DNA of 44,425 bases from a virus. The DNA lies in IMG/VR virus record IMGVR_UViG_3300031910_000474, one strand, 5' to 3'. The notes beneath the pieces are model-generated. The model did no database searches and had not been told where the DNA came from. It worked only from the letters and a program-made list of their open reading frames with translations. Of the stretch, positions 23,829-33,084 are shown piece after piece. The position numbers and the translations under genes were made by a program. The first letter of the stretch is position 1, and every line of letters begins with the position of its first letter.

Positions 23829-24620
23829 ATGACGCAAGTACAGGAAGGAACGTACCCGATCGCCGAAGATGTGCTGAACCTCGCCCGGGCGATCATAAAC
23901 GACATGCTGCGCACGACTGCGGGCTCGATCCTCGTCGACTCGGCGCCGTTCACGAATGTCTTCCTGAACAACGCCGTGCGGCGCACGCAACGCTATCTCG
24001 CGAATAACGGGCTGCTTTCGAATGTCGTCGACAATGCCATTCTCACGCCGATCACCCCGGTCGCGAATCAGAACACGGGCGTGCAGGTGTTTGTTTCCGC
24101 GCTCGGTTATTACGACGGCATGACGACGCACTCGCAGCCTGTTCTGCCGCCGGATCTGATCCTTCCGCTTTCGCTCATGCAGCGGCAGACAAACTCGGGC
24201 GCGCAGTTCACGCCGATGTGGCCAGCGAAGCAGCCGCTGCAGGATCGTATTCCAGGGCCGTACTTCGGCGAGTGGGAATGGCGCAACGACGCGATCAACA
24301 TGGTCGGCTCGACAAGTACGCTCGACATCCGCGTGCGCTACGAGGGCCGACTCGCCCGCATTTCACCGACCGCCGATTACACGAAGACGACGATTAACAT
24401 CCGCGACGGCGAAGACGCGCTCGGCGCTGCGGTCGTGTTCGTTTACGCGTTCAGCCGCGGAGCAGCGCAACGGGCCGAAGCGCGGGCAATGTGGCAGGAA
24501 GAATGCGATCAATTGATCAACCGCTACGTGCGCAAGGATCAACGCATCGCCGTGCGGCCTCGCGGCTACGCTGCAGGCGGCGGTTCGATCGACGGCGCGC
24601 TTAGCGGCGACTACCGATGA
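23829..24620 (+). CDS. Hypothetical structural protein, possible adaptor or tail-tubular-A analog (263 aa)
   Basis: Internal ATG 23829 after GGAG. The call rests on its position ahead of the fibre and large tail genes. Confidence 0.45.
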   Translation: MTQVQEGTYPIAEDVLNLARAIINDMLRTTAGSILVDSAPFTNVFLNNAVRRTQRYLANNGLLSNVVDNAILTPITPVANQNTGVQVFVSALGYYDGMTTHSQPVLPPDLILPLSLMQRQTNSGAQFTPMWPAKQPLQDRIPGPYFGEWEWRNDAINMVGSTSTLDIRVRYEGRLARISPTADYTKTTINIRDGEDALGAAVVFVYAFSRGAAQRAEARAMWQEECDQLINRYVRKDQRIAVRPRGYAAGGGSIDGALSGDYR

Positions 24621-24813
24621 CGATCGGCGGCATGGGACGGACGCTTGCGAGCTCCTCGTTCAATTTCGTCATCCGTTCCATGATTTCAAGTAAGTGTTTG
24701 TCGAAATCGAGCAGCGCCTCGACGAACTGATCGTGCGTTTTCGGCAGTCCGCGCATTTCAGCAAAGCGACTCGCCAAAAAATTTTTCTGGTCTGACAGCA
24801 TGGGGGAAAGCAT
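24601..24813 (-). CDS. Orphan reverse-strand helical protein (70 aa), moron-like
   Basis: This is the only plausible ORF in the 297-bp gap between plus-strand structural genes. About two thirds of its codons end in G/C (hand count). Confidence 0.4.
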   Translation of the reverse strand: MLSPMLSDQKNFLASRFAEMRGLPKTHDQFVEALLDFDKHLLEIMERMTKLNEELASVRPMPPIVIGSRR

Positions 24814-24917
24814 AGCATGAGTTTTCGTTACGAGCAGGTGAGGGGCGCCTCGGGTTGCGATCCCAGGCTCGCCGCCTTCAGGCGGCTATCCAGCGCCCAC
24901 ACTGAGGCGAGAATACC

Positions 24918-26264
24918 ATGAGCTTTCGCTACGACGGACGCGTGCAGGATATTGTAGGCAACGCCATTGCCGGCGCTTCGATCGCCGTCCTTACGCAGCC
25001 CGCAAACACCACGACGCAGCCCGGCTCGCCGCTTGCCACGATCTACAACGGGCCGAACACGGTTTCGAACACGGTGTCGACGGCCTCGTGGTCGAACCTT
25101 ACGGCGCAACTGACTTTCGTGCTCGGCCTCGCACCGAGCGCCGACGTGATCCCGGGAAACTTTCTCGGCATCGCGGGCGTAACGCCCGTCGGCTATAACG
25201 GAATTTGGCAGATCGTCAGCGTGGCAGGCACGACGGTCGTCGTCACCACGCCGTACACGCTTGCCGCGATCGCGAACCCCGGCACGTATCTAGCAGGCGG
25301 CACCGTCACGACGTCGATCATGCCGAACCCGTTCCCGACCGATACACTCGGAAATTTTTTCTTCTATGCCGCAGCGGGGATTTACACGGTTCAGATTTAC
25401 GATTCGCTTTCGCGCATTGCGCCGCTCGTGCTCGCCGATCAGAACGTGACCGCAGGCAGCGGAACGGGCAGTGTAACAAGCGTTGCGCTGACGGTGCCCG
25501 GGGAGTTCAGCGTTTCGGGCAGCCCGATTACCACGTCCGGCACGCTCGCCGTCACGAAGGCAAATCAGAATCCGAACCTCGTTTATGCAGGCCCCACAGG
25601 CGGCGGCGCAGCTGCACCGACTTTCCGGGCGCTTGTCGCAGCGGACATGCCTGCAGGAACGGGCACTGTAACAAGTATTTCACACACGCTCACGGTGCCG
25701 CCGATCTTCAGCGCAAGCGTGGGCGGTTCGCCGATCACGACAAGCGGCACGCTGGCCGATGCGGTTTCACTTGTCAGTCAGAACGCGAACCTCGTGTGGG
25801 CAGGGCCGTCGTCAGGCGCTGCCGCGAATCCGACCTTCCGTTCGCTTGTCGCGCAGGATTTGCCGTTCACCACGACGACGCTCAGTTCGGCGCAAATCCT
25901 CGCGCTGCAAACTACGCCCGTTACGCTTGTCGCCGCACCAGGCGTCGGATTCACGATCGTGCCGACGAGGATCGTGATCAAGTTTTTCGGCGGCGGCATT
26001 GCCTACACGGACGCGGGCGGCGCGGTAAGTTTCGCGAACGGCTCGATGAGCGCGGCGCTGGCAGCCAATGCCATTTTCCTTGTCACCGTATCGCCGAACA
26101 GGCGCATACAGGTTTTCCCGTGGCCGGGCGCAACCGACACGGCGGCTAATCCGCCCTCGGACGACAATGCCGCGCTCACGATTCAGAAGGCGACAAACCA
26201 ATTCGCCGCCGGGAATGGAACGGCGACGATCTTAGTCTGGTACTACATCGTACCCACGACGTAA
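24918..26264 (+). CDS. Tail fibre protein (448 aa)
   Basis: Tandem ~65-aa repeat (G)TG.VTS(V/I)...P..FS.S.GGSPITTSGTLA......QNANLV(Y/W)AGP..G.AA.PTFR.LVA.D(M/L)P (aa 182-316), typical of phage fibres. The C-terminal domain is paralogous to 7062..7592. Confidence 0.75.
   Translation: MSFRYDGRVQDIVGNAIAGASIAVLTQPANTTTQPGSPLATIYNGPNTVSNTVSTASWSNLTAQLTFVLGLAPSADVIPGNFLGIAGVTPVGYNGIWQIVSVAGTTVVVTTPYTLAAIANPGTYLAGGTVTTSIMPNPFPTDTLGNFFFYAAAGIYTVQIYDSLSRIAPLVLADQNVTAGSGTGSVTSVALTVPGEFSVSGSPITTSGTLAVTKANQNPNLVYAGPTGGGAAAPTFRALVAADMPAGTGTVTSISHTLTVPPIFSASVGGSPITTSGTLADAVSLVSQNANLVWAGPSSGAAANPTFRSLVAQDLPFTTTTLSSAQILALQTTPVTLVAAPGVGFTIVPTRIVIKFFGGGIAYTDAGGAVSFANGSMSAALAANAIFLVTVSPNRRIQVFPWPGATDTAANPPSDDNAALTIQKATNQFAAGNGTATILVWYYIVPTT
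25461..25865 (+). repeat. Intragenic tandem repeat (2 units) in the tail fibre gene
   Basis: Two consecutive diverged units, seen in the translation and in the DNA (GGAACGGGCA(G/C)TGTAACAAG...). Confidence 0.7.
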
Positions 26265-26273
26265 GGAGAAAAG

Positions 26274-26672
26274 ATGGCAACCGCTACAGTCAAATGGAAT
26301 ATCACCACGCAGCAGCCGACGAGCCTCGGCAGCATCGATCAGGAAACGGTAACGTTTTCGGGTACGGTGACTTTCAGCGCCGCCGCGGACACTTACGCGA
26401 CGGGCGGCCTGCTTCCGGCTGCCGGATTCGCGCTGAAAAATCTCGGGCCTTATGCCGATCGCGCTCCGCTCGCGTGGACCGTGGCATCGCAGGCGGGCTC
26501 AGGCTGGGAATACGAGTACAACGTGAGCACCGGGAAACTGATGATCATTGCGGGCGGCGGTTCGGGCACGGCGGCGACTGTCGAACTCACGAACGGCACG
26601 GCACTGAACGCCGCAACGCCGAACATCTTTACCGACGTCGTGAAATTCCAGATGGTTTTCCCCCGGATCTGA
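26274..26672 (+). CDS. Hypothetical small structural protein (132 aa)
   Basis: AGGAGA RBS; beta-rich. Lies between the fibre and the giant tail gene. Confidence 0.55.
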   Translation: MATATVKWNITTQQPTSLGSIDQETVTFSGTVTFSAAADTYATGGLLPAAGFALKNLGPYADRAPLAWTVASQAGSGWEYEYNVSTGKLMIIAGGGSGTAATVELTNGTALNAATPNIFTDVVKFQMVFPRI

Positions 26673-26680
26673 TCTGAACC

Positions 26681-29600
26681 GTGGACAACGTTCTCGAAAC
26701 GAACGGCGTCCCGCTGACCGTTTTCGGCGGGGCAGTTCCCGAACTCGCACCCGAGGACCTGCCCGAAGGGGCCTCGCCGTTCAATCAAGATTGCGACTTT
26801 AACCCGGGATCCGTCTTCACACGCGGCGGTCGCACGAATCAGTATTATTACCAGAATCTTTTTTACGACAAGATCACGCAGTTCGCCCGCAACGCGCCCG
26901 GGCCGTTCTTCCCGAACGAAGTCGCGTGGATTGCGCCGCAGAACGTGCAGAACAACACGCCGGGCAGTTACGCCGTCGCGCAATTGAATCAGGGCGTGAA
27001 CATTTCGAACGTCGTGCAGTTCAAACAGGTGCAAATCAACACGACGACGACGACGTTTACCGCAGCCTTCGATAATCCAGTCGCGGCCGGTTCGGCGGTG
27101 TTCATCGCGCTGTTCATTCACGATTCGAACGGTTCGGTCGAGGGCGTGAACTGCACCGCCTGCGTCGACAACCGCGCGCAAACCGCCGATCACATCGTCG
27201 CGAACCTTTCAACGCCGAATAATAACGACATCTGTTTCTCGATCGGCTACAAGTCCGCACTCGGCGGAAATCAGTCGTACACCTTCACTCTTCAGACAAA
27301 CGCCGCTGGAACCCTCACCGCTTCAAACTACGCCTATTGTCTTTGTGAAATCATTGCCACGCAAAACGCGGCCAGTGCCGATCCGTTCGATCAAATGGTT
27401 GCCGAAGTTGTTTCAACCGTCACGGGATTCGGCGCGGGCCTCGTCACCACGGTGACGGCGAACGAGCTCATGCTGTCCGTCGTGCAATGCACCGGGGCGT
27501 CATGGAACGGCTTTTTGATGCCGTCGCAGTATTACTTCACGGGCGGCAATGAACCGCTGCAACGCGTTATTTCGACGATCGCAACACCGACTGGAAACTT
27601 TCAGGAACAGGCTTTGATCGGTCGGAATATCCCGACGAATCCAGGCGCTGCCGTACCGATCGCAAACTGTGGTCCCGTCACGTCCGTCACCGGGCTTGTG
27701 GTGTGGATCACGCTCAAGATGACGAACGCGAACGCCATCGGCACGCCCGGAATTCTGGCGCTCGATTCGGTCGTTGCCGGCTCAGGCAGCGGCGGCACCA
27801 CGATCAGCTTTCCCCCGATCACCACGGCGCACGACAACGAAATCATTTACCTGTTCGCCGCGTACACCACGAACTTCGGCTATCCCATCATTGCGCCGCC
27901 CGAAGGTTATGTCGGCTCGAGCCTGAACGGCGGAAACGGTTTCGTCGGCTGCATGTTTGCGCCGACTGCCGGAACCTATTCGCCGCCTGCCGCGACCGTG
28001 GCCGCTGGCGGCTCGAGTGGCGCAATCGCGGCGTCGATCAGTTTCAGCGTTGCAGGCCCCCTCGCGCAGCCTGCGTTGCTGCAGATGATCGGCAACGGAT
28101 CGAACATTCCGGCAGGGCCGCAATTGTTCACGTGGCCGAATCCCGTCACGCCGGGCAGCACGATCATCTGCATGTTCTCGAGCGGCTTCGCGACAGGCGG
28201 GTTTGCCGGGCCGTGCTCGGATACCGTCGGCGATGTTTTCACGCCCGTAGTGCAAAGCGCCGCCACGAGCACCGGAGTTCCGCCGCATAACTTCGTCGCC
28301 TTGACGATCAACATCTGCCAGAACACGATCGGCGGCAACACCGACATGACGGTGCAGGGCGGCGGCGCGGGCCTCGGCGGCGCGCAGTTCATCGCCATTG
28401 AGATCGCTCCGGGCGCGCTGGCCATTTCGCCGACGCCGCATTCCGAAATCCTCGCCGCGAGTAACTTCGGTTTTAACTTCCCGTTGACGCAGCCGATCCT
28501 CGGCATGGAGATCGAAGTTAGCGGGCACCAGTCGACGCTCGATCCGAGCGCCACGATCAGCGTCACCACAAACCAGACGGGATCCTCGACGGTCGTGACG
28601 CAAATGCCGGGATCGGACGGCACGATCACGATCGGCAATCCACTCAGCAATTTCGGGCTCGCGCTGACGCCCGCCATGCTGAACGATCCGGGGTTCACGG
28701 TCGAGATCCAGGCGAACGAGTCGAACCTGACGACCGCCGCGACGTTCGACCTGTACGCGGTACGTGTGCGCGTATTCGTCACGCCGTTTCCGCCGTGCAA
28801 TTTTGACTGGATCAAAACTTACGAGCAAACGGATGGCGAGATCGATACGCTCGTGCTCGACGCGAACGGCATTCTGTGGGACGAAGATGTGGACACGAAC
28901 CCCGGGGTGCTCAATTCCATTTTCACGACGATCCTAAAAAACACTTACGCGAAATCCGTCACGTTCGACGACATCGAATACATTGCGTTTTCGAACCTTG
29001 TGAACGGCACCGACGTGCCGCGGCAGTGGAACGGCACGAACCTCGACCGTATTTCGATGGTCGGCCCGGGCGCAAAGCCGAGCGCGAGCTCCGCAGGCAG
29101 CGGCTCGAACACGTTCGCAATTCAGAACACCACGCAGCAGTCGCCCGTTGAGATCCGCCGCATCGCGTGGGGCACGGTGAATTCGCCGAGCGTTTCAACT
29201 CCCGGCAATCTTCTCGTCGTGTTCGGGCAGGGCCGTCAGGTCAGCCCGCCCGCGCCGCCGCCCGACTATTCGACTTTGAAACCGTACACGCCGACCTTCG
29301 GCTCGGGCACGCATGTCGTGCTGTCGGGCATTCCGAGCCCGTTTCCGAAAAAAGGCGGCGGCACGCTGCCCTACAACATAAACGGAAACTATCTCGTCGG
29401 GACGGTGCAGTTCGGCAATGTCGGCGGAAACGAAAACTGCCCGACGTTCACGCTGCCCAGTCCGACGACTACATGGGCGTATTCGGACGACTTCGGCTCA
29501 GGTCAAGCGCCTGGAGTTCCGCCGCCGTCCGGCTGGTTTTACCAGTCGTGTATCGCAACCGTGACGATGCAGGTCGGGCTGCCGAACGTCGGCCCGGGAA

Positions 29601-32125
29601 GCCAGATCACGATCTCGGGCACGGGCGGCTCGCCGCCTTCCGGCTACGATGGCACATGGACCGTGCTGCAGGCCCCGAACGCGGTTCAAATGACGATCAA
29701 CTCGACGCAATTGACTGCGGCGACGTCGATCGCGACTTACTCGTTCACGCTGCTGCCGGGGTTCGTGAACCCGCCGCAGCCCGGGCAGGTCGTCACCATC
29801 ACGAATTGCGAGAATCAGGCCCCCGGGGATCCGAGCTCGCCTTTCAATGGCACCTTCACGATCGCCTCGGTCGGCGGCGGGCAGTTTACGGTCAGCATTG
29901 CCCACGCGACCGATATACCCCTCGCAACCGAGTCCGGCGAGGTGCCCACGCCGACGGCAGTCATTGCCGGAACGATCTTCACCTTCGACGCTGGGGTCAT
30001 AGTGGCGTCAGGGAGTCCCGTAAGCGGCGGAACTATCACGCAGCAGGGACAAGTCGCGACGGGGCCCCGGAAGGTGTGCTATTCGTTCCTGACGCGCTCA
30101 GGCTATATCACACAGCCGTCGCCGATCGCGATGACGAACATCACGACCTCGGCCGGCTCGATCACCGTGTCCGGGCTCGCCACGGGGCCGTCAAACGTCG
30201 TCGCCCGGATCGTGTCCTTCACCGGGGCAAACGGCGGCAATTTCTTCTATATCCCGCAGCCTGTATACGTTACGGCTGGCGGCGTCACCACGAAGAACGA
30301 TTCGACGATCGTGAACGACAACACGAGCACGAGCGCCACGTTCAGTTTTTCGGACGCTGTGCTGCTGTCCGCGACCGCGATCGACATCACGGGAAACAAC
30401 CTTTTCAACGACATCGAGCTCGGATCCTGCAGAGGAATCGTGACTTACGCCTCGCGGCTGTTCGCGTGGTCGGAGCAAAACAAGATCACGAACCTGCGGA
30501 ACTGGAGTTTCGACGGGGGAGTCGGCGGCACGACCGTCGGCGGCCTGTCGACCACGTACCCCCTCGGCTGGACACTCGACGCCACAAACGGCGCAGGCGG
30601 CTCGGTGTTCCAGAATTCCCAAGTGTTCGGCTGGTGCTATCAAATTCAAAACAATACGGGTTCGACGCAGGCGACTTACGGCATGCTGACGCAGCCCGCC
30701 TATCAGGACGAGTTCGGGGTTGCGATCGTGAACGCGTCCGTCGCCTATTCGGTGCGCCTGTGCGCGCTTGTGACGCCCGTGCCGCTTTCGGGAAACCTCG
30801 TGGTCGATCTGGTGTCGAATGGCGTTGCGGTCGGAACGTTTTCGCTGCCGCTTGCGAGCATGACGAACTTCATGCAGATATACACGGGCACGCTGCTAAC
30901 AAACGTGCTCGCGCCCGTGCCGCCGGATCTTACGCTGCGGATTTGGGCGCAGAACATCACGAACGGCACGACGATTCTGATCGATCGCATTGAACCGTTC
31001 GCAACGTTCAATCCCGTGCTGTCGACCGCCTTCAAAGCGTCTTACGCAAACAATCAGGAAGCCTTCGATCAGGTCACGGGCGTGTGCGGCCCGGCGCAGA
31101 ATTCGCAGCCGATCAACGGCGGCGCGGTGCTGTTCGATCTGCTGTACGCACTCAAGGAAAAATCATGGTATTCGACTTCGGACAATGGCGTCACCGAGCC
31201 GTACCAGTGGAACTGGAAAGAAGTTTCGAATAAAGTCGGCGCGATCGGGATCCACAGTTACGACTACGGCGAAGGCTGGATGGTCGCGGCGAACCGTCAG
31301 GGCGGGTATTTTTTCGAAGGCGGCGAGCCGATCAAGATCACGCAGGAAATTCAACCGCTGTGGGACATGATCAACTGGAACTACGGGTACACGATATGGA
31401 TGAGAAACGATCCCGAACAGAAAAGAATGACGATCGGAATTCCGATTCGGACGCCGAATGCCTACATGCCGGAATTCCCCGTGAACGCGAACCCGACGTC
31501 GCCGAACGTCGTCCTGATGTGCAACTATCGCGAATTGAACACGGGCGCGGCGCTCGCGCAGACAGGCCCGATCCGCAGCACGTATATGGGCCGACTGATG
31601 TCGCCGGAACCCGCGAGGAAATGGAGTTTCTGGAACATCTTATGTCCCTATTCGGATTACATTTCCCGGGCGAACGGACAGTGGCCGCAATTCTTCTGCA
31701 CCGGATACAATGACTCGAAAATTTTCCAGCTGCTCGCGTCGACGCTGAATGACGACGGCACAGCGATCAATTCGTTCTGGATCAGTTACGGGTTCGTGAA
31801 ACCGGAAGCCGCCGACGCAAAGGGCCTCGGGCTGTTCCGAGTCGAATTCCCATACTTCACCATGCTGTGCATCGGCAGCGGCACCGTGAATACTTATGTT
31901 TACCCCGAATCACCCCAAAATCGGCCTTATGTTCTCGAGTCGGAAATTCTCCCCGCCATCACGCAGGGCGATCTTGAGATCGGCGTCAACATCAAAGGCC
32001 AGCGGTTTTTTGTGAGAGTGGGAACGAACGCCGTCGGAAATTTCTTCCGGCTTTCGAAGATGGTCGTTCCACTCGTGACTGACAGCTGGAGTCCGATTCG
32101 CGGATGGAATCAAATTACCGCTTGA
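26681..32125 (+). CDS. Giant tail-associated protein (1814 aa)
   Basis: Single uninterrupted GTG-start ORF covering about 12% of the genome. T/G/S/V-rich and beta-like. The function is inferred only from size and position; it could be a nozzle or tail-tubular-B analog fused to adhesin-like regions. Confidence 0.6.
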   Translation: MDNVLETNGVPLTVFGGAVPELAPEDLPEGASPFNQDCDFNPGSVFTRGGRTNQYYYQNLFYDKITQFARNAPGPFFPNEVAWIAPQNVQNNTPGSYAVAQLNQGVNISNVVQFKQVQINTTTTTFTAAFDNPVAAGSAVFIALFIHDSNGSVEGVNCTACVDNRAQTADHIVANLSTPNNNDICFSIGYKSALGGNQSYTFTLQTNAAGTLTASNYAYCLCEIIATQNAASADPFDQMVAEVVSTVTGFGAGLVTTVTANELMLSVVQCTGASWNGFLMPSQYYFTGGNEPLQRVISTIATPTGNFQEQALIGRNIPTNPGAAVPIANCGPVTSVTGLVVWITLKMTNANAIGTPGILALDSVVAGSGSGGTTISFPPITTAHDNEIIYLFAAYTTNFGYPIIAPPEGYVGSSLNGGNGFVGCMFAPTAGTYSPPAATVAAGGSSGAIAASISFSVAGPLAQPALLQMIGNGSNIPAGPQLFTWPNPVTPGSTIICMFSSGFATGGFAGPCSDTVGDVFTPVVQSAATSTGVPPHNFVALTINICQNTIGGNTDMTVQGGGAGLGGAQFIAIEIAPGALAISPTPHSEILAASNFGFNFPLTQPILGMEIEVSGHQSTLDPSATISVTTNQTGSSTVVTQMPGSDGTITIGNPLSNFGLALTPAMLNDPGFTVEIQANESNLTTAATFDLYAVRVRVFVTPFPPCNFDWIKTYEQTDGEIDTLVLDANGILWDEDVDTNPGVLNSIFTTILKNTYAKSVTFDDIEYIAFSNLVNGTDVPRQWNGTNLDRISMVGPGAKPSASSAGSGSNTFAIQNTTQQSPVEIRRIAWGTVNSPSVSTPGNLLVVFGQGRQVSPPAPPPDYSTLKPYTPTFGSGTHVVLSGIPSPFPKKGGGTLPYNINGNYLVGTVQFGNVGGNENCPTFTLPSPTTTWAYSDDFGSGQAPGVPPPSGWFYQSCIATVTMQVGLPNVGPGSQITISGTGGSPPSGYDGTWTVLQAPNAVQMTINSTQLTAATSIATYSFTLLPGFVNPPQPGQVVTITNCENQAPGDPSSPFNGTFTIASVGGGQFTVSIAHATDIPLATESGEVPTPTAVIAGTIFTFDAGVIVASGSPVSGGTITQQGQVATGPRKVCYSFLTRSGYITQPSPIAMTNITTSAGSITVSGLATGPSNVVARIVSFTGANGGNFFYIPQPVYVTAGGVTTKNDSTIVNDNTSTSATFSFSDAVLLSATAIDITGNNLFNDIELGSCRGIVTYASRLFAWSEQNKITNLRNWSFDGGVGGTTVGGLSTTYPLGWTLDATNGAGGSVFQNSQVFGWCYQIQNNTGSTQATYGMLTQPAYQDEFGVAIVNASVAYSVRLCALVTPVPLSGNLVVDLVSNGVAVGTFSLPLASMTNFMQIYTGTLLTNVLAPVPPDLTLRIWAQNITNGTTILIDRIEPFATFNPVLSTAFKASYANNQEAFDQVTGVCGPAQNSQPINGGAVLFDLLYALKEKSWYSTSDNGVTEPYQWNWKEVSNKVGAIGIHSYDYGEGWMVAANRQGGYFFEGGEPIKITQEIQPLWDMINWNYGYTIWMRNDPEQKRMTIGIPIRTPNAYMPEFPVNANPTSPNVVLMCNYRELNTGAALAQTGPIRSTYMGRLMSPEPARKWSFWNILCPYSDYISRANGQWPQFFCTGYNDSKIFQLLASTLNDDGTAINSFWISYGFVKPEAADAKGLGLFRVEFPYFTMLCIGSGTVNTYVYPESPQNRPYVLESEILPAITQGDLEIGVNIKGQRFFVRVGTNAVGNFFRLSKMVVPLVTDSWSPIRGWNQITA

Positions 32126-32468
32126 TTGCCCAGCGGATTTTCTGCGCTTCTCTCATGTGCCTGCGCAAATAGCGTAGTCGTTTCGGCGTCATGCGGCGAT
32201 TCTTTCCCGATTCGCTTGCGGTCGTCCAGCGCATATTTCCCGGTTCGTAATGCCCATCGTTGTCGATACGGTCGAGCATGTGTTTTGGGGAGGGCCGTCT
32301 GCCGACATCGGCGAGGAATTCTTTGTAGGAATTGAACAAAAACTTGATGCCGCGACCGCCCCAATCTTTGAATCTTGCACTGCGCGGATTAAGGCATCGG
32401 TTTCTTGCGTTTCTCCACGCTCTATACTCTGGCGTTAAAGGGCGTCTTTCTCCGTGGGTTAACCGCAT
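32115..32468 (-). CDS. HNH-type homing endonuclease-like protein (117 aa)
   Basis: EYRAWRNARNRCLNP....F.DWGGRGI.F...Y.EFLADVGRRPSP.HMLDRIDNDGHYEPGNMRW matches the widespread phage family Y..W..M..RC.....Y.GRGI...W..F..F..DMG.RP....LDRID..G.YEP.NCRW. Confidence 0.7.
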   Translation of the reverse strand: MRLTHGERRPLTPEYRAWRNARNRCLNPRSARFKDWGGRGIKFLFNSYKEFLADVGRRPSPKHMLDRIDNDGHYEPGNMRWTTASESGKNRRMTPKRLRYLRRHMREAQKIRWAIKR

Positions 32469-32486
32469 GAATGGAGTGTACTATAA

Positions 32487-33083
32487 GTGATAGATAGCAA
32501 TCAATTTATCAAGGAGATCAAGAACCGCGATCCGAAACTCGGTTTGCTGCTCGAAACATGGTTCGACTCGTGGAACACGTCATTGAATCACCTCGGCATG
32601 AGCGCGACGGGCCTGCACCAGCCGCCGCATCCGATCGCCGGCGTGAACGTCGCGGCAGGCTCGGATCATGTGCACGTCACGCTCACGGACGCTTCGGCGG
32701 TGAAGAAGAACATCCAGTATTTCGTCGAATACTCGGTGAACGATCCGACGTTCGCGCAGCCGCACGTGCAGGATCTCGGTGCGTCCCGCGGGCACGTTTT
32801 CCCGCTGCCCGCAAAAGACGGACTCGGTGCGCCGATCAACTATTATTTTCGCGCCTATTCACAGTACGCCGGAAGCGATCCGCAATCGAAGCATGCTTAT
32901 TGGGGTACGCTCGGCGCGCCAACTGCCGTGACACTGACAGGGAGTTCGCAATTGACTTTGCTGCCGTCGACCGGAAGCGGCACGGGCCGAAGTGACGGCA
33001 CGCAGGGCGGCAGCGGGATCGGCTCGGTGCTGACGCGCCCGCCCGTGCAGCCGAAGCAGTGGCCGTTGCCGAAGGTGACGTGA
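32487..33083 (+). CDS. Hypothetical virion protein, possible FN3-like core (198 aa)
   Basis: GTG-start ORF; HVHVTLTD...IQYFVEYS...YYFRAYSQY. Confidence 0.5.
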   Translation: MIDSNQFIKEIKNRDPKLGLLLETWFDSWNTSLNHLGMSATGLHQPPHPIAGVNVAAGSDHVHVTLTDASAVKKNIQYFVEYSVNDPTFAQPHVQDLGASRGHVFPLPAKDGLGAPINYYFRAYSQYAGSDPQSKHAYWGTLGAPTAVTLTGSSQLTLLPSTGSGTGRSDGTQGGSGIGSVLTRPPVQPKQWPLPKVT

Positions 33084-33084
33084 C

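Noticed and set aside
25878-26264. The fibre C-terminus and the 7185..7592 paralog as a diversity-generating retroelement VR/TR pair.
   Set aside because: No reverse transcriptase ORF is present in any frame. The two DNA copies are highly diverged throughout, rather than near-identical with adenine-specific differences.
29167-30993. Long same-strand alternative-frame ORFs. Examples are 29167..30993 (608 aa), 25205..26149 (314 aa), 7531..8103, 9601..10143 and the first 195 codons of 20972..21826.
   Set aside because: They are Arg-rich -1/+1 frame shadows of clearly coding genes. T is rare at codon position 3, so these frames rarely acquire stops. Only the final 89 codons of 20972..21826 are kept, as a separate gene starting at GTG 21557.
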